Of a stretch of DNA of 64,000 bases, positions 38,620 through 50,768 are shown piece after piece (within the stretch, counting starts at the first letter, position 1; each line of letters starts with the position of its first letter). The DNA is from Tubiluchus corallicola. Taxonomy: Eukaryota; Animalia; Priapulida. The notes under the pieces are model-generated. The model was not told where the DNA came from and made no database searches. It saw only the letters and a program-made list of their open reading frames with translations. The DNA is taken from assembly GCA_030141605.1 (NCBI GenBank), contig JAQGDQ010000684.1:1-64000 (forward strand), written 5' to 3'. The translations under genes and the position numbers were made by a program.

Positions 38620-40170
38620 CTTTGGATCAGCTACGTCTGAATATGTGACCCCTGTACTATTATTTCTACAAACAAACTACATTGACAATTGTTTTAGTTT
38701 TTTATACGTAATTGCAATAAAGAGCAAGCGAGTGCTATGAGCTCTCAAGCGAGTGCTATGAGAATTGTTTCGCACTGAGAAGTAGTCCACTACAGGTTAA
38801 AGTTAGATTGTACATTTAGGTAAACTCAGGACTCAATACGAATTCAGGAATTAAATTGAATTGCGTTTATTGACAAATATAATTTAGTTGACGATTGCAA
38901 AATTCATATACCTCAGAGTAATACAGTATACTCGATACGATTACATTGGTCCAATTAAGAAAGTATACGTGCGACCATCTTTAATTCATCAGTTGGTAAT
39001 TTATAACGTGTACTGAATTACCAATACATCATAATACATGTAATAATCATCACAGTTGCTGATATATACGGAGAATTTTAGCTACTGCATCAATGCTAGA
39101 ATTAACATTGTCGTGGTTAAAAACAAATTGCAGACTATCAAAGTTGACGGACGGACATTGAAAGAAAGATATTGAAAGAGAGGATAGAACGAAAAAATTG
39201 AATGTAAAAAATTTGAAATATGTAATCAGTATCCTTGCATGTGTAATTTCCCTGGTGTAAACAACCTCACACTTGAATCAGTGGACTGTTAGGGTTGAAA
39301 GAGAACATGTCATGTTGCAAGTGACTGCGTGGTCTAACTTGTCACTCACATGCTTTTGGTTCGAATTCAGACTCGGTAGTGCTTTCAAATATCTGATTGA
39401 ATTTCTCTTTCTTCTCCTTTTCGATCTTATTATCGACATTTCACGAATTTTGGCTTTATTCCATGAAGGAATAGAATAAGTAAGCGAGGAAAAAATGTCA
39501 CTCAGTGTCGAATTACGTAGATTTCTTCTGATTAATCAGCTACGTCTGACTGGAGGAAAAAGTGACGACTTCTTATTTTATCTCATTTTTCCTACTTGTG
39601 TTGGACTATCGCTAAAAACTTCTCATATTTTTGAAACACAGGTTAGTACATTTCAAGCTGTTACTCAAATAGCTAAACTGACCGCAAACCTGGACACAGC
39701 ATTGTGTGTTTCGTAAGCTACATAAACATATTATTGGATTTGGCCAGAGAATATAATATCCGGTACGCTTAAACGGATATTACATTCTCTTATTTGGGTT
39801 ATGTGCAAATAAGCTTTGAACTTTGATCTTTGATTCTGTCTTAGTTAGCCAGTAACGCACACAGTAGCCTTATAACTGTAAACTAAATTTGGTCGCAGAG
39901 GCCGCGATTTGGATAAAGGTTCTTTAAGCATACGCACTGTGCTTGTCATCACTGTCGTTATGTACAGTAGCATGCGAAATATTTGATACAGTTTTAGTGA
40001 ATTTAAGCAAGTACTGTGCTATACAACTATACCTGCAAATTTTGAAAATATGAACTACAAATCTTATTTATGAATTTATACTACGTGGATTTAATGTATA
40101 CAAAGATGTAGCTTATGTTGCCATGTTTTTAGGCAATCTATCTTTAGTTTACAGCTTCGTCAACTGCAAC

Positions 40171-41499
40171 ATGTCTGTGAAATTAAGTGCTTCGCTTGTA
40201 TTTTTCCTCAGTGTCAAGTTTGTACTTCCACAGCAGATCAACTGGGATGAATGTGGAAAGTCAAAGGGGTGCTTCAGCAGCCCAAGAGGATGCAACTCTG
40301 AAAGTTCTTGCAAATATTTACTTACCTATCGACAAAACGAATCACGCGTTAGTTTTGAGATGAGCTGCAAGGTCGACAATCCGTCGCAAACGTCCTTTGT
40401 TGCTGTGGGTTTTTCCGATGACGAGAGAATGGGCGAAGATAGTGTGATTGAGTGCGTTCACGATGTTGATGCTGGCGTAGTGAACGCTTATCCGTCGTAC
40501 AACATCGCTGGTGGTAAGAATAACAATCGCCTTAACATTGCACCACCAGAAGCAGGGTTGGTTTTGCTCGACTCGTCATTCAGTGACGGCATTATCCGTT
40601 GCCGTTTTACACGCGAGAAAGTAGTTGACCATGATCATATCTATGACCTGACTAAGACATGGTACCTACTGATGGCTAATGGTCCAGCCTCCTCAACAAA
40701 TGTGCATCAACATTCTCTTGATCCATTACCGATAAGGTCATCCAATCGGGTGGATCTTCTAAATGTTGACATAGAAGGAGGAGAAACCGTTTCCAAGGCA
40801 TTGCCAGTCGCACATGGTTGCTTAATGCTCATTGCCTGGGTATTTTTTGTTTCACTTGGAAAAATCACAGCGCGACATTGTAAGGCAACTTGGAAGGAGA
40901 AAGTTCTAGACTTGGCCGTCTGGTTTCAGATCCACCGCGCATGCATGGTCACTGCTTGGATTTGTTTTGTGACTGCAACCATTCTTATAATCATCCATGT
41001 TTCTGGATGGGTTGATAGGAATGGAGATTCATTCGCACACTCAATTGTTGGTATAATTGCCGTTTGTTTGGGAGCAGTGCAACCGTTTATTGCGCTTTCC
41101 CGCTGTCATCCTGACTCTCCAAATCGCTTTTGGTTTAACTGGATACATTGGGCCGTGGGTAATGCAGCTCACGTTATGGCTGTTACGGCCATCTTTCTTG
41201 CATTGTTGTTCTTGAACGCGAGTGGTACCTTGCCTTTCTACATGGTTGGTATCATGATCGCTTTCGTTATATGGGATGTATTTTGCGAAATTGTTCTAGA
41301 AATCCACGAGAGAATGTTCCAGAGAGCATCAGAGGTCAGTGATGCCTCAACCTCAGCAACCGAACTAGCCAAGGAACGGCCAGAATCTTCAAAAGGTTCC
41401 AGATTCGAGAAACTAATGCTGGTATTCTGCACGGTCGTCTTTTTCGCGTTGACACTTATTCTGGTTGTTTCGATTATCGTCAAGTGGGGAACGACTTAA
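40171..41499 (+). CDS. FRRS1: Ferric-chelate reductase 1-like (DOMON + cytochrome b561), copy B
   Basis: Same motifs as copy A. Start placed at MSVKLS (40171) because ATG 40123 lies upstream of the tttttag acceptor at 40131-40132 and 40171 aligns with the paralog starts. Confidence 0.9.
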   Translation: MSVKLSASLVFFLSVKFVLPQQINWDECGKSKGCFSSPRGCNSESSCKYLLTYRQNESRVSFEMSCKVDNPSQTSFVAVGFSDDERMGEDSVIECVHDVDAGVVNAYPSYNIAGGKNNNRLNIAPPEAGLVLLDSSFSDGIIRCRFTREKVVDHDHIYDLTKTWYLLMANGPASSTNVHQHSLDPLPIRSSNRVDLLNVDIEGGETVSKALPVAHGCLMLIAWVFFVSLGKITARHCKATWKEKVLDLAVWFQIHRACMVTAWICFVTATILIIIHVSGWVDRNGDSFAHSIVGIIAVCLGAVQPFIALSRCHPDSPNRFWFNWIHWAVGNAAHVMAVTAIFLALLFLNASGTLPFYMVGIMIAFVIWDVFCEIVLEIHERMFQRASEVSDASTSATELAKERPESSKGSRFEKLMLVFCTVVFFALTLILVVSIIVKWGTT

Positions 41500-43330
41500 C
41501 ACGTTTATAGCCTGTATCGATGCACTGTGAATCGATCACCACATTAGTTATTGTTTATTAACTTGAACAGTAACCGTTGAAGTTGAATTTAAGGTATAGA
41601 ATGAAGTTGCAATTCAGTGTCTTAATAAACGCTAGAAATGCATGCACAGGCTCCGTAGATGCATGTAAAAATCAAAATAAAACCTCATATAAAATTTCCA
41701 GTTATGCGTACTTTCGTAATTAAAAAAGTGCAAGTCTTTAGTAAAACCAGGGATACATCGCACAAAACTTTATCATATATAAGTACAAGATATATTTTTA
41801 TTGACGTTTCGGAGTGTTGGACTCCTACTTTGCCTTACGAACACATATTATTTAATAACGGCTACTTCACTGCACTCGCGCTTTGAAGAAGACGTCATCA
41901 TCGCCATACAATAGTATTTTGTCGATTTTATACCGAAGATCTTTGTGGCTGAATCACTGAAGATAGTTTGAGGTTTTTCTGCATACCTAAGCTTCAACAC
42001 ACAATAACATGAATGCAATAATGGAGGCGTGATAACTGGGCGTGTTAAAAACTATATAAAGTGATTTCATATACGTAATGCAAATTACATATGCAATAAC
42101 ATTGGTTGTCTAGAAAATACGGTTTGATCAGGTACAATGTTAATAAAGGCGATAATAAGAACAACGCTCTTATAATTGTATCCATTACTGCCAGACCAGC
42201 TCTGACCAACAACAACAAGGACAACAACAACCAGAGCATCAGCAATGCTGTAGGTCTCCTAACTCTCGTTTTTGACATCTTGAGGACCTTGACGATTGAC
42301 AGAAACTGATTTTTTTTGGCCAAATTTTGTTGACAAATTGTTATATATATGCTATATATAAGAATTTAATTTATTATATATGAATTTCTATATATATTTA
42401 CTTTAATAGATAAGAATTTCTTATTTAAGATATACATGAGAAATATATATATATATATGCTTATGGGCAATAATGGTAGGCAAAGAACAATTCTCTAGGA
42501 GAGCCACTGGTCAAACAAGGTTAAATCATTTTCGTGTTCAAATTTCGTACCACTGGTATTTTTCACTACATCAGGCAGTTTTCGTTGCCACAGGTCACTG
42601 AATGGCATTGCCCAAAAGTTCTGACCATCGCCCAACATCTACACTCGACATTTTGCAGGACAAAACCTTTATCTTTATAATGCTTGCACTGAACTGACTC
42701 AAACTCTTCTACTCCTGAATCCACCAAATCTCTCTCTCGAAGGGTGGAGAGGTAAGATTCTTTCTGTCTATGTTGGCTTGTCAGCAGGTGAGAGGCCACT
42801 CCAAGTTCCTCTTGTTGAGCTGAATCACATCTTCCTGGTATGTCAATCACTGTTGTGCAACTGTTCAGTTTCTGCGTGTTTATCCATGTTCTGCATGTGA
42901 GCTTTGAGTTTGACCAGGATTTTTTCACAAAGTTACTCCATACCAAAAATCTCAAGGCTAAGGCCAGTTACTTTAAATGGTTCAGGTATAACTGGCCTAA
43001 ATGCAAAGTCTGAATGGACGACGGACGCTACATGACGGCACAAGGTACCCAGACTTGAAATTCAGTTGACTTGACAATGGCAGAAACAACAGTAGCAATA
43101 GCAACAATAAAACAACAACTACAACACCAATAGCATTATTTATTTAAACAACTGCACACAAAATAACGTAACACAATATCGACAAATCTTCATAAGTCCT
43201 GATTAACACACTAGTGACAGATAGTTATTCAAATTTTAATAGTTAAATGTATACATGTGTAATGTTTACCACACATTACTAACTATTTATGCACACGAAG
43301 ATTTGAATTTATGTGTAGCAGGTGCCAATA

Positions 43331-43715
43331 AGCCATTTCACAGTTTCAGCAGTAGATAATGATCGTGAAAACTCAAAGGTTAAGTGTACCAGGTTACACA
43401 ATTTGTGTACACTTGACAATGCCTCGCAGCCCAAGCTACTGTAATAGTAACCATTTTAACAGCCAACTAGAACCTTACCTAGTTCATTTTTTCTTGTTTG
43501 CAACCAAAATCGTGCCAGTAAGCCACTCTGCACACAGACTAATGCATGATAAAGTAAAGTCCATGTAAAACAACTGAAGTTACTGAACTGACTGATGCGG
43601 AAGATGGCTTTGCTTTACTCACATGTCACGACATTAGTTAAGACCTATTGTTATGGCACGCTTAAAGTTTGACCTTCAGTAACTGAGCGTGTGCACAACG
43701 AAACTGTGACAAGGT
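43331..43715 (+). mobile_element. PIF/Harbinger-like MITE
   Basis: Homologous to the other three copies of this family in the window. Confidence 0.7.
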
Positions 43716-43942
43716 TTGAGGGGTTGCCGCAACGATTTAAAAATTTTTATTTGTTTTTGTGTGTCGATGCAGCAGGAGTGCCAAGTATGTGGGAGAAAAG
43801 CGATAGCAAATATAAGTAGTTTTTGTTATAAAATGTGCAGACACGACTTTGTGTTTGCTCTAAATTTTGATGGCTGATCGTTAAGCACGTTAGCATTGCC
43901 TAGGCTGCAATCTCCATCTCTCTCTAACGATTGTGCGTGCTT

Positions 43943-44063
43943 CTTTTGGTTAGGCTACATATCCAGGTTAGGCTATCTTTTGGTTAGACTACATATCCAG
44001 GTTAGGCTATCTTTTGGTTAGACTACATATCCAGGTTAGGCTATCTTTTGGTTAGGCTACATA
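43943..44063. repeat. 34-bp tandem repeat (~3.5 copies) downstream of the GPCR stop
   Basis: Unit CTTTTGGTTAGGCTACATATCCAGGTTAGGCTAT. Confidence 0.85.
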
Positions 44064-44455
44064 TTTATATACTATCATCATAATTTTTGTATTGGTTTTA
44101 ATGGTTGAGCTATAGTCAATTAAAGTCGCAATTTTGGTTAGCGTAGCCTAGTTTAGTTCAACATTTATATTTGTTTTCTAGTTTACCATATCCAGCTTAT
44201 GTTGAAATTCTACGGGAGCATATAGTAAAATGATTTGTGAAGTAAACTAATCAGAGTTCCATAGATGAGTTATTTAACCATGTAACCCACCAACACGACG
44301 GTTACATTATGTTATTCAAGTTAAAAACAGCAAATTGTTAGTCGTCAAATTAGGCTTGTTAGCCGTTGAGCAATGTTCTATGATTTGGTCTGCACTATGC
44401 TGTACAACGACTTTCAAAAATAAATGTCCGTACGAATTATTAATACGACCGCAGA

Positions 44456-45346
44456 TTAACCGCATTTTAAAGTCTTTTTAAATGCGTTTCTAAACACACT
44501 ATTTGATGCTCCATAAATAAGAGGATTCAGTGCACTATTAGTGAATCCAAGCCAAACCAGGAGGTAACTTTCATCAGGGTAGCAAGTATAATCCACAGCA
44601 CAAGCCCTAAAAAACGATAATATAAATGGATAGAGCAAAAGAGGAAACCAGCAGATGAAAAAGACCACTGTGATTATACCAACGGTCCTTGTTGCCTTCA
44701 TTTCTCTTATGGTCGTACCACTTTGAGGATCTTCTGGATGAATCTGTAGAACCAGTCTTCTGGCTGTCTTCCATATCAACACGTATAATATTACCATTAT
44801 TGCTGTAGGTATGTAGAAGAAAAGAACTAAATACACGTTAAAAATCATTTCTGATTGTTCAGGTTTTTGTAGCAACTGAAGTACTAGTATTCCGGCTAAT
44901 GCAATTAACCATGAACAAGATATTAACGTCGCCAACAGTTTTGTTGACACATAATGGTATTTAAAAGGATGTACAACCGCCACGTATCTTTCAGCAGCTA
45001 TTAAGTACAGATGGTATAGACTTGTATGCAAAGTCCATGTTGCAAAAATCGCACTATAGAATAAAATTTGAAGTCGCTCCTTAGGTATCAGTAACGCAGC
45101 AACTTCAATAGGAACTGCCAAACCAGCTAATAGATCAGCAAATGCTAGAGACACAATAAGCATGTTCATTCTTGTATGCAGTTCTTCACATTTGTAAACT
45201 GCCATCAATACAAGCAGGTTACCTCCAATAACAGCACAATCTGTGAGTAGCATAAGTGATGCTATTACTTTCAGAAATGAGCTGGCTCCTAGACTGTCAC
45301 TGCTATCGAGAGAGAGATTAGCAGCAGTCGTTCTTTCCATATTCAT
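44456..45346 (-). CDS. Intronless class A (rhodopsin-like) GPCR, orphan
   Basis: GNLLV (TM1), SLAFADLL (TM2), ERYVAVVHP, W4.50, YIP (TM5), FFICWFP (TM6), NSALNPLIY (TM7), FRNAF helix 8; first ATG at 45346 (296 aa). Confidence 0.92.
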   Translation of the reverse strand: MNMERTTAANLSLDSSDSLGASSFLKVIASLMLLTDCAVIGGNLLVLMAVYKCEELHTRMNMLIVSLAFADLLAGLAVPIEVAALLIPKERLQILFYSAIFATWTLHTSLYHLYLIAAERYVAVVHPFKYHYVSTKLLATLISCSWLIALAGILVLQLLQKPEQSEMIFNVYLVLFFYIPTAIMVILYVLIWKTARRLVLQIHPEDPQSGTTIREMKATRTVGIITVVFFICWFPLLLYPFILSFFRACAVDYTCYPDESYLLVWLGFTNSALNPLIYGASNSVFRNAFKKTLKCG

Positions 45347-46182
45347 TTTCTTAATCACAAATGGCTATTACGTCAAACCGTTGTTGAAATGTGCAATGTG
45401 GTGAAATTCGTGGTTTTCAATGTTTTCACGCTTTTCTATGTCAACTCTTAACAGGATCTGTTGACAAAATACATTTCTGGACGTTTGTCACCTACCTTTA
45501 GGCTACACTGAAGCGATGTGTTAAGTATAAGCTCATTTGTGCTGCTCTCTCTCTCTCCCTATGTCTATAGAACTTGTACGTCACAAGGAATGACACTCCA
45601 ATTTATAAGACTTCAACAGAGAGCCTCACTTACAAAAGAAGCTTTGATGAAATGGCAATCTTTGCGCTTTCACATTTTCAGTATTACGCCTCAGCGTCAC
45701 TAAAAAGGTTGTTTCCATTATTTTATCGTAAGCTGTCTTTTCAGTCTAAAATGTACATTAATCTTCTTTTCTCAGAACGCTAAGTGCATTATGGCTCACA
45801 CTCATCTGTATTAATTTTAGCTCAGTCTAATGCTTTTTCTGACAAAATATTTCTTTGAACGAGTGAGTGAGCAGTCTCCGTGGCAAATACTTCCAGGTAT
45901 AACATTTTACCCTGTTTTGGTATTCCCAGTTTTTCATCAGTCAACGTAAAAGTATATTTTGCTACGTCACTGTTGACTGGAAGGGTCAACTTATTACCAG
46001 ACGTGTCACAGGTTTGCAACGCATGCACCATGCATGTAATTTTGTATAAAAAAGAGAGCAATTGACATACCTGCTCGCTAGTTAATAGCAATTAGTAAAG
46101 TAGTATAGACAGTGCATTTCGTTACATCTTGGTTATTTCAGCACGTCTTTCTGGTACATCATAAACTATGCAGAGGCGAGAT

Positions 46183-46540
46183 ACCCACCACACCACCCAC
46201 ACCTCACCGCACAATGCCCACCCCACCACACCATCCACAGCAAACTCACCACGCCCACTACACCACATCTCACCCATTACACCATACCATGTCCACCACA
46301 TTGTCCACATCACACCAGCCACACCATATCACCTACGCCATTTACACAATGCCAGACCCACCACACAATCCCCATGAAACTATAGCACACCCACCACACC
46401 ACCCACCCCTCCACACCATCCACAGCAAACTCACCACGCCCAATACACCACACCACATCGCATTAAACCCACCACATCACATCACGATGACAGTGATGAT
46501 GAATATGACGACGACGACGACGATGACAACTACACCATAA
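46183..46540. repeat. CAC/CCA-rich low-complexity tract ending in GAT/GAC triplets (related tract at ~47145-47580)
   Basis: Direct inspection; all frames are open and His/Pro/Thr-rich because of composition. Confidence 0.7.
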
Positions 46541-49500
46541 AAAGCCAACAGTGCAGCAGCATAGCTAACCCATTTTGTTCAAGGTTGCTATTAATCGCAT
46601 TCACCAATGATCAACACTGCATGGATATTCTACATAGTGTTTTCAAACTGCTCCTTTTGATCGCGTTAGACTAATATTATACCACTTCCATTATAACAGC
46701 CAGCAGTACCTTTTACTAAAGCAAAATTACAGACAGAGTACAATGGAATGATGTCAGAACAATGCAAACATCAGTTTAGCTTCTAACGAAGCAGTGCCCT
46801 AAATGGAACCGCCAATCAACTCGTCGCGGCTCCTCTTGTTGAAGGCGCCCGAAAATGCGATCAGTCTCATCATGTAGCGGTTCCTCCATTTTCCAAAAAT
46901 CTTTCTGACAAGGCACAACCAGAACGTTTGTCCCATGGGCTGTTCGGTCAAAATTTCCAAAAAAATCGAGAGTTGGGTCCGGTAAAACCCCTGTAGCCGG
47001 TATTCGTAGCTCTCCCGCAAAATCTAAATACGCCTATAACACACACCGTTGAACAGACTATCTACCCATTACAGTCGACGTCTGGTAGTTTCCCGGCCGG
47101 TCTCCAAAAGCAAGAAGTTTTGCAAAGAATTTTGTGCACAAACCAACGACAACCCACATCACACTACCCATACCACACCATACCACCAATAGCACACCTT
47201 CCATGTCATACCATCCCACACCCACACCCACACCCACCACAACACCCAACCCAATTCACCCACACCATGCTATTCACATTAAGCCTCCAACATTATGCCA
47301 TAACCACCACCCCATGCAATGTTCACCACAACGACAATACCATACGACTCCACCCACCACTCACGCCACACAATCTACATTACTCTATACCACCTACAGC
47401 AAGCAAACCACACCCTACCAATCACAGCACACCACACTATCTGCAACACACTTACCCCACACCCCACCCACTATATAGTACCACACCAAATTCATCACAT
47501 CACACGGAGATTATGATGCTGGTGGTGGTGATGATGATGATGATGATGACGATACTTACATCACCAACACCAGCACAGTATCACAACAAAACCATGCAAG
47601 ACATTTTGTACAAAGTCGAAACTGTGTGCTGTAAACGCTCTTAGACCCATCCATTCAATAATGCACGGACATTTTACTGTAAATAGTTTTGCTTATTGTT
47701 TAACAGATGATAATAGGCTAAGAGATATAACTTACACGTATAATATATAACACTGTTTTTTCGCAAAATTGGGGTGTATTGGTCCGGGAAAAGCCCATTC
47801 CGAGAAACGGTTGTCCTCCCGCGAAATTTAAATATGCCTATAAGACCCACTGTTGAATGGGCTATCTAACCGTTACTGGCACCGCCCCCGATATCTTCCG
47901 TTTTTTAGAAATAAGAGGCATAACTTTTGCAAATTTTTGAGAAAACAGGGCAAATTAAAGTTTAGTAATAGTAAATGTCACATTTACATAAATTTGATGT
48001 AGATGTTTTTAACAAACCATACCACGCCACCCACATTATATAAATTATCGTTGTCTAGAAAAAAGAGGTATAAGTTTTGCAAAAACGGCAAAAGGGTTAT
48101 TTTTGGAGGTTTTTCGCTTCCCTTGCCTCCTGGTGAGCCCGATTCGAAAAATAAATCCCTGGTGCAAATCTGTGGGTCTATGTACAGATTTGATATACAG
48201 ATCGCCGGAAATGGTCGTCGTTTGAGCTATAGCCCTGTCGGTAATATGTACAGGCATACACCATCGAAATTATTATTATAATATATTTTAGCAATATACA
48301 GTCTGCACGTAACCAGAGAAAGTAATATCGGCTGCGTACGCATATCTGTTTCAACCATAGAGTTAGAGGCTTCTACCTCAATTTATGTACGTTCATGTAT
48401 AAAAATTGTAGTTGTTCTATTATTGTTAGCTGATAGAAAATAAACCTTAATTGAATTGCACTGTGCGGCTACTGTCAGCTAGAAGTGCTAGTGTGTGCCA
48501 GTTTCTGCGTGAAGCAGAACAGAATCGAATTACAGAAAGTAGTCCCGTATTTATGTGCAATTTATATGAAGAAGTTTGTAAGCTTGTTTTTCAGCAGAAA
48601 TCATAACTGATAGTTCAGCATATCAATAACACATTAGAATTGTAGAACAGCTATAAAATAGTTGTTTATTTTACTATCCTGGAAATTTTTTGGACTATAT
48701 TCAAGCCGTTTGCAGGCGCAAAATTTTTGTGTTGTTTGTTACTTGGCTCAACTTTTACGGTTGCAATCAGCAGTGTTTTGGGTGGTGGCTGAGTAGGTGT
48801 TTGTCGTTCAGGAGTTATTTTTTCAAAGCTGAACATTGCGGGCGGATACTGTAGTAAGTAAATTGACATTAACAATAATAATTGAAGCGTAATAAAAATG
48901 AGAAGTTTTCTGAACTAAACATAATTTAACCTGTTTGTCTAAAAACTACTATACTATAGTACTAACTAAATTAATCATGACCATCAGAATTGTATTTACA
49001 TGTAGATAGGCCTCTAGATTTGGATCCGCTTAGACATTAGAAGGTGCATTTTCAAACTTATTAGATAGCGCGAGTACGCCTGATTCTTTTTGCCAAAATC
49101 AACGAACAAACAGAGTTTAATTGTTTTGCAAATCGCACTTGACTCGTTTGCTTCGTCGTGACTTTCAGTCAGTTTTTTTTACTCTCTTCCTCATAACTTG
49201 GCTACAGTTTTAACTGCAAATTTTCATTGATGTACATTCTAACCTTTCTTAGCTTATTAACATTTGACCCACGTGCAGCCTGCACTGATATATTATGATC
49301 TCCATTTTATTGACACATTTTGCTTGACTTTCAAAGTGGTGTTCCGTAGTTCCTCTTCTATTAACTATCCTCATAACTTAACAAACATTAAGTTCATTCT
49401 TCTGCAAGTCTTTAAAATTTGCTTCAAAGTTAACCATATATAACCTTTCTTTTATCAGATTGGCATTTTTCAACGTAATTTTTGAAAACTATTATAGTTC

Positions 49501-49916
49501 TTGAAAACCATTATACAACTGTTTTAAAAATCTTAACTTTATCATGCTTTCTGCTTTATCTTAATTTCCTATAAATGGATTGATTTCATTCTTGATGTAC
49601 TTCCACCTGTGGGCATTTTAACGTTTGGGGCCTTTAGTCTTTTTTTCATGATTGACAATTTTTTCACAAGTTACCAAAAAGTTTCTTAATGTTTTTAAGC
49701 GAGTTAAGTGGCATTTGTATTTTTGACTTAGTATGTGGTTGTTTTTTAATTATTTAAGTCATTCTGAATATAAAAGTATGCTTCAAATTTTTGAATAAAA
49801 TGCAGACATGAGGTAAAGTAAAACACTGTAGTTTTTTGTTTTTGTGTACGGGTAGTGTGGACTTTCGTGTTTTGGATTTAAGTCAGATAGTGTTCCCAAA
49901 CTCCAAGGGTTTTAAC

Positions 49917-50492
49917 CAGGGATGTTACCGAAACAAAATTTTCGTTTTGGTTTGCCAGTAAATGCACTTTCGGTTTTGGCGAAATCTGTTAAATTTTGTA
50001 GCCAATAGTTCGGATAATTTTCGGTATCATTTTCCCGCAGTTTTACTAGTATTTATCCAGTTTTCCTTTTCTCCTAGTTGTCAAAAACCACTGAAAAATC
50101 TCAGCTAAATTAGTTCAAATAAAGTGAAGATTTCGTTTACATAACAAAAGCGGCGTATCTTCAGTGGTGACCACTGTGAAGTTTTGGGATCTCCAGGCCT
50201 AATCAACCGAAATATCAAAGCACGTTTTAATTTACTTGTGCAAAATCATGTTTAATTTCATAATTTATGAAACATAGACAACAAAATATCTACAAAACAA
50301 AATTTGTTTATTTTTAATGAAGCATTTTGATCTTCAAACATTAAACAATAAGGATACTTAGATCCAAAAACATTATAACACATTTTCTAAGCCACTCAAT
50401 CTCACTAGAGGTTCTATACTATAGAACTTCTTTGTCCTTTTTGTATTAGAACTTTTTATCGTAACACATCAACAGTTTCGGTAACATTCCTG
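49917..50492. mobile_element. hAT-type MITE flanked by an ~86-bp direct duplication
   Basis: TIR CAGGGATGTTACCGAAAC / GTTTCGGTAACATTCCTG. Confidence 0.75.
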
Positions 50493-50768
50493 GTTTTTTG
50501 TATTTGTGCATGTTAGTGTAAGACTTTTGCGAGGAATGGGATTTAAGTCAGATAGTGTTCCCAAACTCCAAAGCTTTTAACCCCCCACGACTTTTTGTTC
50601 TTTCATGTCACATGGACCTTTTGGATGTAAGGCTGTGCCAGAATATAAATAATTGCGGAAATAGTTATCATTTATCAAGAAACTAAAATGGAAAAACCAA
50701 TAATTGTCACACACTTATTTTCAGGGTCACCAGTTTTAAGAGACGCCTGCAGTCGGTCATAAGTGAAA

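Noticed and set aside
40123-40170. ORF-track start for FRRS1-like B
   Set aside because: It overlaps a pyrimidine tract and AG acceptor; ATG 40171 gives a signal peptide aligned with the paralogues.
42566-42955. 129-aa minus-strand ORF
   Set aside because: Non-ATG start and no recognisable domain; possibly decayed TE sequence, but I cannot support that.
46112-47644. His/Pro/Thr-rich ORFs
   Set aside because: CAC-rich low-complexity DNA open in several frames.
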